Below are positions 24,501-35,205 of a stretch of 64,000 nt of DNA, piece by piece. Under the pieces are notes generated by a model. That model was not told the origin of the DNA, did no database searches, and saw nothing but the letters and a program-made list of their open reading frames with translations. The stretch spans positions 29,016,001 through 29,080,000 of the forward strand of contig NC_090336.1 of NCBI RefSeq assembly GCF_035084215.1. Direction: 5' to 3'. The position numbers and the translations under genes are program-made. Each line of letters begins with the position of its first letter. Position 1 is the first letter of the stretch. Origin of the DNA: Heptranchias perlo. Its lineage: Eukaryota.

Positions 24501-25090
24501 AGAGACGGGGCGTGAGCGGGCTCCTCACTTACTACCTCAGCCCGCCTCCGCACGGCTGCTTCAATTTAATCTTCAACCTCCACAATCGACAAACAGCCAA
24601 AGTACAACTGGGCCCAAAGGGCGGGTCCCGGTCCCAGCCCGGGCTCCAGCACCAGGCTGGTCGAAAGGCCGTTCCGCTCCCCGCCCCGCCCCGCCCCGGT
24701 CCCAGCCCGGGCTCCAGCACCAGGCTCAGGCTGGTCGAAAGGCCGTTCCGCTCCCCGCCCCGCCCCCAGCCCGGGCTCCAGCCCCAGGCTCAGGCTGGTC
24801 GAAAGGCCGTTCCGCTCCCCGCCCCGCCCCGGTCCCAGCCCGGGCTCCAGCCCCAGGCTCAGGCTGGTCGAAAGGCCGTTCCGCTCCCCGCCCCGCCCCG
24901 GTCCCAGCCCGGGCTCCAGCCCCAGGCTCAGGCTGGTCGAAAGGCCGTTCCGCTCCCCGCCCCGCCCCGCCCCGCCCGCCCCGGCCCGGCCCGGCCATCA
25001 ATTTCGCACTTTACCTGAAAGCGGCGGCACCACCACGAGCAGCAGCACCACCCGCACCAGGAGCGGCAGCGAGTTCCTCAGCTGTCCCAT
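267..25090 (-). CDS. NCR3LG1-like: Gene B (3'-incomplete): B7-H6/NCR3LG1-like type I membrane protein, SP-V-C1-TM-(C1)x5+. Exons 25015-25090, 18962-19315, 15804-16130, 10519-10635, 9205-9627, 4865-5227, 3407-3712, 1854-2180, 267-578 (about 868 codons in the window)
   Basis: Nine exons with GT/AG boundaries, all phase-1 introns, and every internal exon a multiple of 3, giving one open frame. The V and C1 motifs resemble human B7-H6 as recalled (GxxW, VFxF, GxxSLxL, AGxYxCEVV.PP; PxxKNxDGTxNVT). Orthology is not tested. Confidence 0.85.
652..1298 (-). mobile_element. Older 3' fragment of the same LINE family
   Basis: [14 protein letters not shown] and LHHRRTVAA motifs with a matching tail. Confidence 0.8.
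1854..2180 (-). CDS. Gene B exon 8: post-TM C1-type domain 4 (F-strand Cys replaced)
   Basis: VSFPKV...[17 protein letters not shown]...EYRIEVCH. 327 nt. Confidence 0.9.
3407..3712 (-). CDS. Gene B exon 7: post-TM C1-type domain 3
   Basis: AFPSL...[19 protein letters not shown]...[10 protein letters not shown]. 306 nt. Confidence 0.9.
3828..4015 (-). mobile_element. Deu-domain SINE remnant (SacSINE1/AmnSINE1-like)
   Basis: The reverse complement resembles the recalled Deu core (GTACTG..CTGCACTG..GGAGGTG..TTTGGATGAGATGTTAAAC.GAGGCCC..CAGGTGGATG..AAGATCCCA). Confidence 0.6.
4865..5227 (-). CDS. Gene B exon 6: post-TM C1-type domain 2
   Basis: IAPKL...[18 protein letters not shown]...YFCEVQH. 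363 nt, GT/AG flanks. Confidence 0.9.
6600..7925 (+). mobile_element. Old, heavily decayed CR1
   Basis: Remnant nucleotide matches to CR1 motifs (ggcaagtcttgtttgac, gtatatggattttt, cccaggggtcagtgct). Confidence 0.65.
9205..9627 (-). CDS. Gene B exon 5: post-TM C1-type domain 1 (long internal loop)
   Basis: VAPKVS...[10 protein letters not shown]...ITW...[10 protein letters not shown]...ITCEVMH. Acceptor ttttattcccag, donor GGAA|GTAAG, 423 nt. Confidence 0.9.
10519..10635 (-). CDS. Gene B exon 4: transmembrane exon [39 protein letters not shown]
   Basis: Acceptor ttttttttacag, donor AAAG|GTAAAC, 117 nt, phase 1-1. About 23 uncharged hydrophobic residues followed by R/K (positive-inside rule). 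Not shown in this frame in the ORF track. Confidence 0.87.
11058..12655 (-). mobile_element. 5'-truncated copy of the same LINE family (intron 3 of gene B)
   Basis: RT ORFs 11580-12002 and 12017-12334 are nearly identical to 28590-29231, and the 3' tail is the same. Confidence 0.9.
13227..14162. repeat. Tandem duplication, 2 x 468 bp, apparently identical
   Basis: Identical ORFs at 13284-13487 and 13752-13955 (offset 468). Units are 13227-13694 and 13695-14162. Confidence 0.95.
15804..16130 (-). CDS. Gene B exon 3: extracellular Ig C1-type domain
   Basis: [10 protein letters not shown]...W...[13 protein letters not shown]...FTCQVTH. Acceptor ttttggcag, donor G|GTAAG, 327 nt. Confidence 0.92.
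17450..18840 (-). mobile_element. CR1 3' fragment with internal deletions (intron 2 of gene B)
   Basis: [16 protein letters not shown] and [11 protein letters not shown] motifs. Confidence 0.85.
18962..19315 (-). CDS. Gene B exon 2: Ig V-set domain (B7-H6-like)
   Basis: LIQC...GVLW...[10 protein letters not shown]...[12 protein letters not shown]...VKLEVL. Acceptor tctgcag, donor G|GTAAG, 354 nt. Confidence 0.92.
19574..19815. mobile_element. MITE-like element, about 242 bp, with ~75-bp terminal inverted repeats
   Basis: GAGGTGATTTTAAACCCCAAGAACGGGTGGGTTGGGG ... CCCCAACCCACCCGTTCTTGGGGTTTAAAATCACCCC, flanked by duplicated (T)GTT. Confidence 0.85.
21012..21476 (+). mobile_element. CR1 3' end
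   Basis: ORF 21066-21401 ([19 protein letters not shown]...WNSLP) followed by the 3' UTR. Confidence 0.85.
21838..21932. repeat. 15-bp minisatellite (GGAGAATAAAGAGAG) x about 6
   Basis: Direct reading of the sequence. Confidence 0.9.
22000..23630 (+). mobile_element. Rearranged L2-clade LINE fragments
   Basis: [31 protein letters not shown] and LHWIPV motifs. Confidence 0.8.
23838..24347. mobile_element. Penelope-like non-autonomous insertion with an inverted ~50-bp repeat and a 14-bp TSD
   Basis: TSD acaactttcacaag at 23824-23837 and 24348-24361. 23872-23923 is the reverse complement of about 24300-24351. Hammerhead-like core at 24262-24300. The family assignment is an inference. Confidence 0.65.
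24626..24990. repeat. GC-rich minisatellite, about 5 x 69 bp (64-74 bp), in intron 1 of gene B
   Basis: The anchor TCGAAAGGCC recurs at 24661, 24735, 24799, 24868 and 24937. Confidence 0.92.
25015..25090 (-). CDS. Gene B exon 1: signal peptide [25 protein letters not shown]
   Basis: Strong Kozak context GCCATGG inside a CpG island, a hydrophobic core, and a donor CAG|GTAAAG in phase 1 that matches the phase of the V exon. Confidence 0.85.
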
Positions 25091-25356
25091 GGCCCCGGCC
25101 CCGGCCCCGAGCTCGCTCCGTCTTTCCTCCCTCCCTCCCTCTCTCTCTCTCTCTCTGTGACCGGGGACGGACGGACGGACGATCCGCCTCCTCCCGCCCC
25201 GAGTTTCACTTTCGTCGCCGCCAGCGAGAGGGAGGGAGCCGGGATTGCGCGCGCATCCACCGGTTACCCGCCACTACCGCGGGAGGGCGCTGCCAACAAG
25301 CGATAAATTGACACTTCCTTGAGGAGAGGCATCAAAGGTGGGGGATTTCATCAACA

Positions 25357-26283
25357 TGGGGATGGGGGGGTATGGGGGATGGGGGGGTATGGGGGATGGG
25401 GGGGTATGGGGGATGGGGGGGGATGGGGGGGGATGGGGGGGGATGGGGGGGTATGGGGGGGTATGGGGGGGGATGGGGGGGTATGGGGGGGTATGGGGTA
25501 TGGGGGGGTATGGGGGATGGGGGGGTGTGGGGGATGGGGATGGGGGGGGGATGGGGATGGGGGGGGGATGGGGATGGGGGGGGGTGGGGGGTGGGATGGG
25601 GGGGGGGGGGATGGGGGGGGGTGGGGGGGTATGGGATGGGGGGGGGGGATGGGGATGGGGGGGTATGGGGGATGGGGTGGGGTATGGGGGATGGGGGATG
25701 GGGTGGGGTATGGGGGGGGGGGGTGGGGGGTGGGGGATGGGGGGGGGATGGGGGGGGGGGTATGGGGTGGGGGATGGGGGGGGTATGGGGTATGGGGTGG
25801 GGGATGGGGGGGGGGTATGGGGTATGGGGTGGGGGATGGGGGGGGGGTATGGGGTATGGGGTGGGGGATGGGGGGGTATGGGGTATGGGGTGGGGGATGG
25901 GGGGGGGTATGGGGTATGGGGTGGGGGATGGGGGGGGGGTATGGGGTATGGGGTGGGGGATGGGGGGGGGATATGGGGGGTGGGGATGGGGGGGGGGTAT
26001 GGGGGGGGATATGGGGTATGGGATGGGGGGGTATGGGGTGGGGGATGGGGGGGTATGGGGTGGGGGATGGGGGAGATGGGGTATGGGGTGGGTGATGGGG
26101 ATGGGGGGATATGGGGTATGGGGTGGGTGATGGGGATGGGGGATATGGGGTATGGGGTGGGTGATGGGGATGGGGGATATGGGGTATGGGATGGGGATGG
26201 GGGAGATGGGGGGATATGGGGTTGGGGATGGGGGAGATGGGGATGGGTGGGATGGGGAGTGGGGGGGGAGTGGGGGGGTGATG
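25357..26283 (+). repeat. G-rich low-complexity tract (Gn-AT / Gn-T / Gn-TAT)
   Basis: About 930 bp of G3-G12 runs separated by 1-3 nt. Confidence 0.95.
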
Positions 26284-26559
26284 ATAACAGCAGATTTGAA
26301 AAGGAGGGTGACAGTATCAGAGGAGAGGGAATCATAGGTATACTAAATATAAATATGTTTGATGATCTTTCTGTGCTGATTTCATACTGACTGAAAATTT
26401 ACAAATCTGTTAGTAAATTTAAGATTTTTTTTGGAAACATTTTGCTGCTTATTTTCTTCTGCTGTTAATGAAAACCAGTATGGATTTGGAAAAGACCAGT
26501 CACTTTCTGACAACTTTAAAATAGCTCTTTCAGGAAATAGAGTGTATTAATAAATGAGA

Positions 26560-29500
26560 AGTGCCAAGTTGGATCCAAAATTGGCTCAGTAGCAGGAAGC
26601 AAAGGGTAATGGTCGTTTTTGTGACTGGAAGCTTGTTTCCAGTGGGGTTCTGCAGGGCTTGGTACTAGGTCCCTTGCTTTGTGTGGTATGTATTAAATGA
26701 TTTAGACTTAAATGTAGGGGGCATGATTAAGAAATTTGCAGATGGGGCTGGTAGCACAGTGGTTATGTTACTAGACTAGTAATCCAGAGGCCTGGACTAA
26801 TAATCTGGAGTTTTGAATTGAAATCCCACCATGGCAGCTGGGGAATTTAAATTCAATTAATTAAATAAAATCTTGAATTTAAAAAAAATAGTATCAGTAA
26901 TGGTGGCTATGAAACTACCAGATTGTTGTTAAAAACCCATCTGGTTCACTAATGCCCCTTTAGGGAAGGAAACCTGCCGTCCTTACCCGGTCTGGTCTAT
27001 ATATTACTCCAGACCCACAGCAATGTGGTTGATTCTTAATTGCCCTCTGACAGGGCCGAGCAAGCCACTCAGTTGTACAATCTCACTAAAAAAAAGTCAT
27101 AATAAGAATAAAACCGGACGGACCACCCGGCATCGGACAACTGGACATGACAAAGGCAAACCAAGCCCAGTCAACCCTGCAAAGTCCTCCTCATTAACGC
27201 CTGGGATTTGTGCCAAAATTGGGAGAGCTGTACCACAGACTAGTCAAGCAACAGCCTGACATAGCCACACTCACGGGATCATATCTTTCAGCCAACATCC
27301 CAGACTCTTCCATCACCATCCCTGGGTATGTCCTGTCCCACCGGCAGAACAGACCCACCAGAGGTGGTGGTACAGTGATATACAGTCAGGAGGGAGTGGC
27401 CCTGGGAGTCCTCAACATTGACTCTGGACCCCATGAAATCTCATGGCATCAGGTCAAACATGGGCAAGGAAACCTCCTGCTGGTTACTACCTACCGTCCT
27501 CCCTCAGCTGATGAATCAGTCCTCCTCCATGTTGAGCACCACTTGGAGGAAGCACTGAGGGTAGCAAAGGCACAGAATGTACTCTGGGTGGGGGACAACA
27601 ATGTCCATTACCAAGAGTGGCTCGGTAGCACCAGTACTGACCGAGCTGGCCGAGTCCTGAAGGACATAGCTGCTAGACTGGGCCTGCGGCAGGTGGTGAG
27701 CAAACCAACACGAGGGAAAAACCTACTTGACCTCGTCCTCACCAATCTACCTGTCGCAGATGCATCTGTCCATGACAGTATTGGCAGGAGTGACCACCGC
27801 ATAGTCCTCGTGGAGATGAAGTCCTGTCTTCGCACTGAGGACACCATCGTGCTAAATGGGATAGATTCAGAACAGATCTAGCAGCTCAAAACTGGGCATT
27901 CATGAGGCGCTGTGGGCCATCAGCAGCAGCAGAATTGTATTCCAGCACAATCTGTAACCTCATGGCCCGGCATATTCCTCACTCTACCATTACCAACAAG
28001 CCAGGGGATCAACCCTGGTTCAATGAGGAGTGTAGAAGAGCATGCCAGGAGCAGCACCAGGCGTACCTAAAAATGAGTTGCCAACCTGGTGAAGCTACAA
28101 CTCATGCATGCTAAACAGCGGAAGCAACATGCTATCGACAGAGCTAAGCGATTCCACAACCAACGGATCAGATTAAAGCTCTGCAGTCCAGCCACATCCG
28201 GTCATGAATGGTGGTGGACAATTAAACAACTAACGGGAGGAGGAGGCTCTGTCAACATCCCCATCATCAATGATGGTGGAGTCCAGCACGTGAGTGCAAA
28301 AGACAAGGCTGAAGCTTTTGCAACCTCTTCAGCCAGAAGTGCCGAGTGGATGATCCATCTCAGCCTCCTCCCGATATCCCCACCATCACAGAAGCCAGTC
28401 TTCAGCCAATATCAATTCACTCCACGTGATATCAAGAAACGGCTGAGTGACTAGATACAGCAAAGGCCATGGGCCCCGACAACATCCCGGCTGTAGTGCT
28501 GAAGACTTGTGCTCCAGAACTAGTCGCGCCTCCAGCCAAACTGTTCCAGTACAGCTGCAACACTGGCATCTACCCGACAATGTGGAAAATTGCCCCAGGT
28601 ATGTCCTGTCCACAAAAAGCAGGACAAATCCAATCCGGCCAAATACCGCCCCATCAGTCTACTCTCAATCAACAGCAAAGTGATGGAAGGTGTCGTCGAC
28701 AGTGCTATCAAGCGGCATTTACTCACCAATAACCTGCTCACCGATGCTCAGTTTGGGTTCTGCCAGGACCATTCGGCTCCAAACTTCATTACAGCCTTGG
28801 TCCAAACATGGACCAAAGAGCTGAATTCCAGAGGTGAGGTGAGAGTGACCGCCCTTGACATCAAGGCAGCATTTGACCGAGTGTGGCACCAAGGAGCCCT
28901 AGTAAAATTGAAGTCAATGGGAATCAGGGGGAAAACTTTCCAGTCGCTGGAGTCATACCTAGCACAAAGGAAGATGGTAGTGGTCGTTGGAGGCCAATCA
29001 CCTCAGCCCCAGGTCATTACTGCAGGAGTTCCTCAGGGCAGTGTCCTAGGCCCAACCATCTTCAGCTGCTTCATCAATGACCTTCCCTCCATCATAAGGT
29101 CAGAAATGGGGATGTTCGCTGATGATTGCACAGTGTTCAGTTCCATTCGCAGCCCCTCAGATAATGAAGCAGTCCGAGCCCACATGGAGCAAGACCTGGA
29201 CAACATCCAGGATTCGGCTGATGAGTGGTAAGTAACATTCGCACCAGGCAAGTGCCAGGCAATGACCATCTCCAACAAGTGAGATTCTAACCACATCCCC
29301 TTGACGTTCAATGGCATTACCATCGCCGAATCCCCCACCATCAACATCCTGAGGGTCACCATTGACCGGAAACTTAACCGGACCAGACATATAAATACTG
29401 TGGCTACAAGATCAGGTCAGAGGCTGGGTATTCTGCGGCGAGTGACTCACCTCCTGACTCCCCAAAGCCTTTCCACCATCTACAAGGCACAAGTCAGGAG

Positions 29501-30915
29501 TGTGATGGAATACTGTCCACTTGCCTGGATGAGTGCAGCTCCAACAACACTCAAGAAGCTCGACACCATCCAGGACAAAGCAGACCGCTTGATTGGCACC
29601 CCATCCACCACCCTAAACATTCAAACCCTTCACCACCGGCGCACAGTGGCTGCAGTGTGTACCATCCACAGGATGCACTGCAGCAACTCACCAAGGCTTC
29701 TTCGACAGCACCTCCAAAACCCGCGACCTCTACTACCTAGAAGGACAAGGGCAGCAGGCAAATAGGAACACCACCGCCTGCACATTCCCCTCCAAGTCAC
29801 ACACCATCCCAACTTGGAAATATATCATCATTCCTTCATCGTCGCTGGGTCAAAATCCTAGAACTCCCTTCCTAATAGCACTGTGGGAGAACCGTCACCA
29901 CACAGACAGCAGCGGTTCAAGAAGGTAGCTCACCACCACCTTCTCAAGGGCAATTAGGGATGGGCAATAAATGCTGGCCTTGCCAGCGACACCCACATCC
30001 CATGAACGAATAAAAAAAATATAAAAATTGGCCCTGTGGTTGACAGTGAGGAGGAAAGCTGTGGACTACAGGAAGATATCAATGGACTGGTCAGGTGGGC
30101 AGAAAAGTGGCAAATGGAATTCAATTCAGAGAAGTGTGAGGTAATGCATTTGGGGAGGGCAAACAAAGCAAGGGAATACACAATAAATGGGAGGATACTG
30201 AGTGGTGTAGAGGAAGTGAGGGACCTTGGAATGCATGTTCACAGATCCCTGAAGGTAGCAGGACAGGTAGATTAGATGTTAAGAAAACATATGGGATGCT
30301 TTCTTTTATTAGCCAAGGCATAGAATATAAGAGCAGGGAGGTTATGCTAGAACTGTAGAAAACACTAGTTAGGCCACAACTTGAGTACTGTGTACAGTTC
30401 TGGTCACCACATTACAGGAAGGATGTAATTGCACTAGAGAGGGTAGAGGAGATTTACAAGGATGTTGCCAGGACTGGAGAATTTTAACTGAGGAAAGATT
30501 GGATAGGCTGGGGTTGTTTTCTTTGTAACAGAGGAGGCTGAGGGGTGCTTTAATTGAGGTGTACAAATGACGGGACCTATGTCTCTTAGCAGAGAGGCCA
30601 ATAACCAGGGGGCATAGATTTAAAGTGATTGGTAGAAGAGTTAGAGGGGAGCTGAGAAAACATTTTTTCACCCAGAGGGTGGTAGGGATCTGGAACTCAC
30701 TGCCAGGAAGGGTGGTAGAGGCAGAAACCCTCATCACATTTAAAAAAATACCTGGATTATGCACCTTAAGTGCCGTAACCTACAGGGCTACGGACCAAGT
30801 GCTGGAAAATGGGATTAGGCTGGGTGGCTCTTTTTCGGCCAGCGAGGACACAATGGGCTGAATGGCCTCCTTCTGTGCTGTAATTTTCTATGATTCTATT
30901 TCTATGATTCTATGA
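26560..30915 (+). mobile_element. CR1 3' fragment (26560-26744 plus 30020-30915) split by the nested LINE
   Basis: WAEKWQMEFN and HFFTQRVV motifs; (ATTCTATG)n terminus. Confidence 0.82.
26745..30019 (+). mobile_element. Near full-length single-ORF LINE (APE endonuclease + RT) with a tRNA-like 5' head, frameshifted; inserted into a CR1 fragment
   Basis: APE motifs (YRPP, GDxN, LDLVLTN, SDH) and RT motifs ([35 protein letters not shown]), with an AATAAA/A-rich tail. The host CR1 is split at aaatttgcagatg|..aaaaattggc. Confidence 0.88.
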
Positions 30916-31284
30916 AATGCAATGGATATTGTGTATATGGATTCTCAAAAGGCATTTAATAAGATGAAACATAGGAAGCTGACAGTATTAAACCACACTA
31001 TATTAAAGGGAATATGGAAGCAGGGATAGGAACTTGGTTAAAGGACAGAAAACAAAGAGCAACGATTGATGGATGTTCTTGGACTGGAGGAACGCAAACA
31101 GTAGTAGCCCCTATGGGTCAGTTCTTAATGCATTTAAATTATCTGGATTTAGGTAAGGGGGCTTGATAACAGTTTGCAGACAACACAAAATAGGATGTGT
31201 GGTCAACTGTAAAGAGGACTGTTAGCAACTATGAGACAGACACATTAGTAAATTGGGAAGATAGATGTCAGATGAAACTTATAA

Positions 31285-32285
31285 TAACTTGCATTTATAT
31301 TACACCTTTAATGTAGGAAAACGTCCCAAGGCACTTCACAGAAATGTAGTCAGAGAAAAATGGATGCCGAAGCCAAAAAAGGAGATAATTGGAGGGGTGA
31401 CTAAAAGCTTGGTCAAATCAATGGGTTTGAAGGAGGAGAGGGAGGTGAAGAGGTTTAGGGAGGAAATTCAGATCTTAGGATCCAAACTGCTAAAGACACA
31501 GCCACTAGTTGTGGGGCAAAGGAACTGGGGGGAACCATAAGAGGCCAGAATTGCAGGAATGCGGAGTCCTTGGAGGGTTGTAGGGCTCGAGCAGCATATA
31601 GAAATAGGGAGGGACGATTTGACGATGAGAATTTTAAATTGGAGGCGTTAGGGGACCAGGAGCCAATGTAGATCAGAGTGGACACGAGTAATCGGTGAGC
31701 AGGACTTTGTGCAGGATAGGATATGGGCAGCAGAGATTTGGATGACCTGAAATCTATTGAGGGTGCAGGATGTAAGGCCATCCAGGAGAGCATTGGAATA
31801 GTCGAGTCTGGAGGTGACACCGGACAGATAAGAGGGATTCAGCAACAGATGGACTGAGGCAGAGATGGAAGCGGGCAATGATACAGAGGTGGAAATAGGC
31901 TTTCTTTTGTGATGGAGAGAATATGGGGTCAGAAGCTCAACTGGGGGTAAAATAGTGCACCGAGGTTGAGAACAGTCTGGTTCAATGTGGGACAATTGCT
32001 GGAGAGGGGGGTGGAATCAGTGGCAAGGGTACTGAGTTTGTGGTGGGGGCCAAAGACGATGGCTTTGGTCTTCCCAATGTTTAACTGGAGGAAATGGCGA
32101 CTCCTCCAGGACTAGATGTCGGACAAGCAGTCTGTCAACACAGAGGCAGTGGACGGGTCAAGAGAGGTGGAGAGGTAGAGCTGCATGTTATCAGTGTACA
32201 TGTGGAATCGGACTTCGGATAATGTCGCCAAAGGGTAGCATGCAGATGAGGAAGAGGAAATAGATCCCCTTGGGGCACTCCAGAG
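31285..32285 (-). mobile_element. L2-clade LINE 3' fragment
   Basis: [11 protein letters not shown] and DLHWL motifs; 3' end similar to the 48950-49100 copy. Confidence 0.8.
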
Positions 32286-32512
32286 GTAATTTAATGAGAA
32301 ATGTGAAGAAATATATACTAAATGGTAAAACCTCAACAGGAAGAGAGTTGCGGACTATCTTAGGTGTTCAGATACAAAATCTTTCGAAATGGGATGCCAA
32401 ATCAATAAAGCTGTAATAATAAAAGCTGAAAGGTTTTACAAATAGGATCTAACGTTATAAAGCAGTATCCTAAATCCATACAAGAAATTGGTTAAACCAT
32501 AGATAGAATATT

Positions 32513-33230
32513 GGCCCGGAATTTGCCCCAAAAATAACAGAGTGCTGAACAGCACTCATTGTTAAGGGCACATGGAAGAGCAACTTCCAGCAAGCACACA
32601 GGTACAGTCAAACGCAGAAATCCGGAAGTTGCTCTTCGAGATGCCCTGCTCCTCCGAAAGCTGCGCAGGAAGGACAGCATACCGGCTGGAATGAATGGAT
32701 CAGTGCAAAGTTGCTCTCCTACCCAGCTGGAAATGAACTAATCGATACAGAAAAAGGTACTTCCAGTTTTTTTTTAGGTCTAAGCTAACTTTTTGCAGTG
32801 TGGTAAGTATTGATGACTGCCAAACCACCTCTCTGGCACTGAAAATTAACTTTCAAAAATTTGGAGTCTCATTCCTTCTGATTTTAATTTTAAATTTTTT
32901 TTTACTTTTTCTTTGTCTTATCCCTGTCTTTTAATTCAATATTTCACTTTCTCTAATTGATTTTACATTGAATTTACTGTTGTAGCTTTCACTTCCTGGT
33001 TCTGTGTCTGCGTGGTTTGTCAAGGATGCTTCAATCAGATTGGTTAAGGGGACAGAGAAATCCTTTCCCTGCTCACAGCTCACAGATGCCCAGGAAAGGA
33101 CGCTGCACTTTTTGCAGCTCACCATTAGAGGAAGTTCCCACACTAAAGCCCACGGATCGTTTGTGGGTAAGTTTAAATCTAATTGAGTGGCGGGCGCTGT
33201 TCGCTTGCCGCTCAGAGCAAATTCCAGGCC
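32513..33230. mobile_element. Non-autonomous TIR element inserted into a CR1 remnant
   Basis: Ends GGCCCGGAATTTGC / GCAAATTCCAGGCC. The CR1 EY|CVQFW motif resumes after it. Confidence 0.6.
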
Positions 33231-34914
33231 AGTGTGTCCAGTTTTGGCTGCCTTACTTTAGGAAAAACATCAAGGCCATAGAGAGGGTGCAGAAGAAATA
33301 TACAACATAGATAATTAGAGTAGCATGTTTACCCAAGGTTCGGTTTGTCCCAGTACAGTCCAAAATTGCTCATTAAAATGAATGAAGCAACTGGCTCTTC
33401 CTATCAATGACATCACTAAGGTGACTTTGGAGGCACTTATATTCACTTGTAAAGAAGGCATGTCAATAAGGAAGAAAACAAAGTATTTTTCAGTGGTATG
33501 TATTTTATTTATGTATCCCCTTATTTGCAAAATACCCGTTTTATATTTTAGCACAATGCCATACAATCACTTTCAATTAAAAATCTATTTACATGACATA
33601 AATGCTATATTTTTCAAATTTACCATCATCCATATATAGTAGAAAAAAAAAGATCTCATAACAATTCAGCAGTTTATAAACATGATATGGGAAACATTGC
33701 AACATTAACTAGTGCAGTATTTTGGGTAGGCTATGATAAAATATTAACATAATTAAAAGTGGAAATAATAGTATGCAAGATAGATTGATCTCAGCATCTG
33801 TTTCCACCATTTTCTGTTTTTATATCAGATTTTTAGCATTTACAGTTTTTTTTCTTCTATCTCTTCCTGATAGGGTAGGCAGACAGGGAGTTTTATTATT
33901 TACAATCTATTTTAGGTCACTATTCAAGAAGGGGGAGAGGAAACTCAAAACAAGAACTGAAGGGGAGAATTTTCTGGTGTACTCACCAGAAAAAGATGGA
34001 TTCTATTGCAATAATTTTCCAGTCTCAGAAGAGTTATATTAAATTTTCTGCTAGTGGTACTCAAATATAACATGATTACGGTTAAAGAAATGGAAGAGGG
34101 GGAACATTTAAAACAAAACAAAATGACTGCCTTTTATGGCCTTAATTTTCAGACTGGAGAGTCCGGAGCATCTTGTAGTTACCACCAACTACTCCATTAA
34201 CCAACATTAAGTCTTAATACCCATGGGTGCTGTAGGAAATATTTTGGATTTACATCTGAAGTTAATTTTAGTTAAATTGACTTTTAGCTGCAAGTCACCC
34301 AAATATTAAAAAAGGACTCAAATAAGCTACATTAAAAAAGAAAAAAATTATAACCAACAATTATTTAAAGAGCATTACACTGATCAGACTTAAGCCTTAA
34401 TTAACTTTGGAGACATCAAGGACATGATCTTATACACTACGAACTAGGACTTGATTGGATATGCTATGTCTTGGGTTTGCTAGACAGCAGATCAATTCTT
34501 GTGCAACTAAACTCCTCATTTTTTCATCTTCTGCTCCAATGGACCCGGTTTCTTCCCAGTCTGAGGTTGCGAGAGAAAAGACCAGGTATCTTTCTGAAAA
34601 TGCAGCACAGAAAATACATAACTGAATTATATTTCTAAAGTCAGTCCTGAAATATAACAAAATGTATTAATAAATTGGTATACAAATGGAGAACTGAAAA
34701 TGCATTACAAATCTAAAACTGTTTCCTGGATATTCAGTGTTTTGCAATCAAATTCAGCTATCGGGGCTGTACTAAAATCCAACGAAACACCATATTCCTC
34801 TCCTTCGTCCTTCTCAAATTTTTAACAAGCTTCCTTGTTTTAATGATAAAATTCTACCTAAAATTTTGCCTGATCAATGGAAAGAAAGTTTAGTCTCCTC
34901 TTATTGGTGAGCAA

Positions 34915-35205
34915 GAACTTGTATTTATGTAGTGCCTTATCATATCCACAGGACATCCCAAAGTAATTCACATCCACTGGGAGAACTCCCTATTCTTCAA
35001 ATAGTGCCACAGGATCTTTTTATGTCCATTTAGACAGGCAGATGGTTTAATGTCCTATCCAAGCAATGGCATCTATGATAATACAAACCCCTTCAGTACT
35101 ACACTGAACTGTCAGCCAAAGTTATTCATCAAGTCCTGAATGGGGCTTGGAACCACAACTTTGACTCATAGGTGAAAATGCTGCCAGCTGAGCCAAAGTG
35201 ACACC
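34915..35205 (-). mobile_element. Deu-domain SINE remnant
   Basis: Homologous to 3828-4015, with an L2-like tail. Confidence 0.55.

Larger units (their letters stand above)
24500..25300 (-). promoter_or_regulatory. CpG island / probable promoter and first exon of gene B
   Basis: The only strongly CpG-rich stretch in an otherwise CpG-poor window. It contains many GC boxes (CCCCGCCCC) and spans the signal-peptide exon. Confidence 0.75.

Noticed and set aside
24626-24990. CRISPR-like array
   Set aside because: The context is eukaryotic, and the units are head-to-tail with no unique spacers.
24481-25311. 276-aa and 168-aa + strand ORFs with repeats
   Set aside because: They are translations of the GC-rich VNTR and CpG island. 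The credible coding signal is the minus-strand signal-peptide exon.
25274-26390. Long Gly-rich and Pro-rich ORFs (252-353 aa)
   Set aside because: These are by-products of the stop-poor G-tract, which is open in several frames on both strands.
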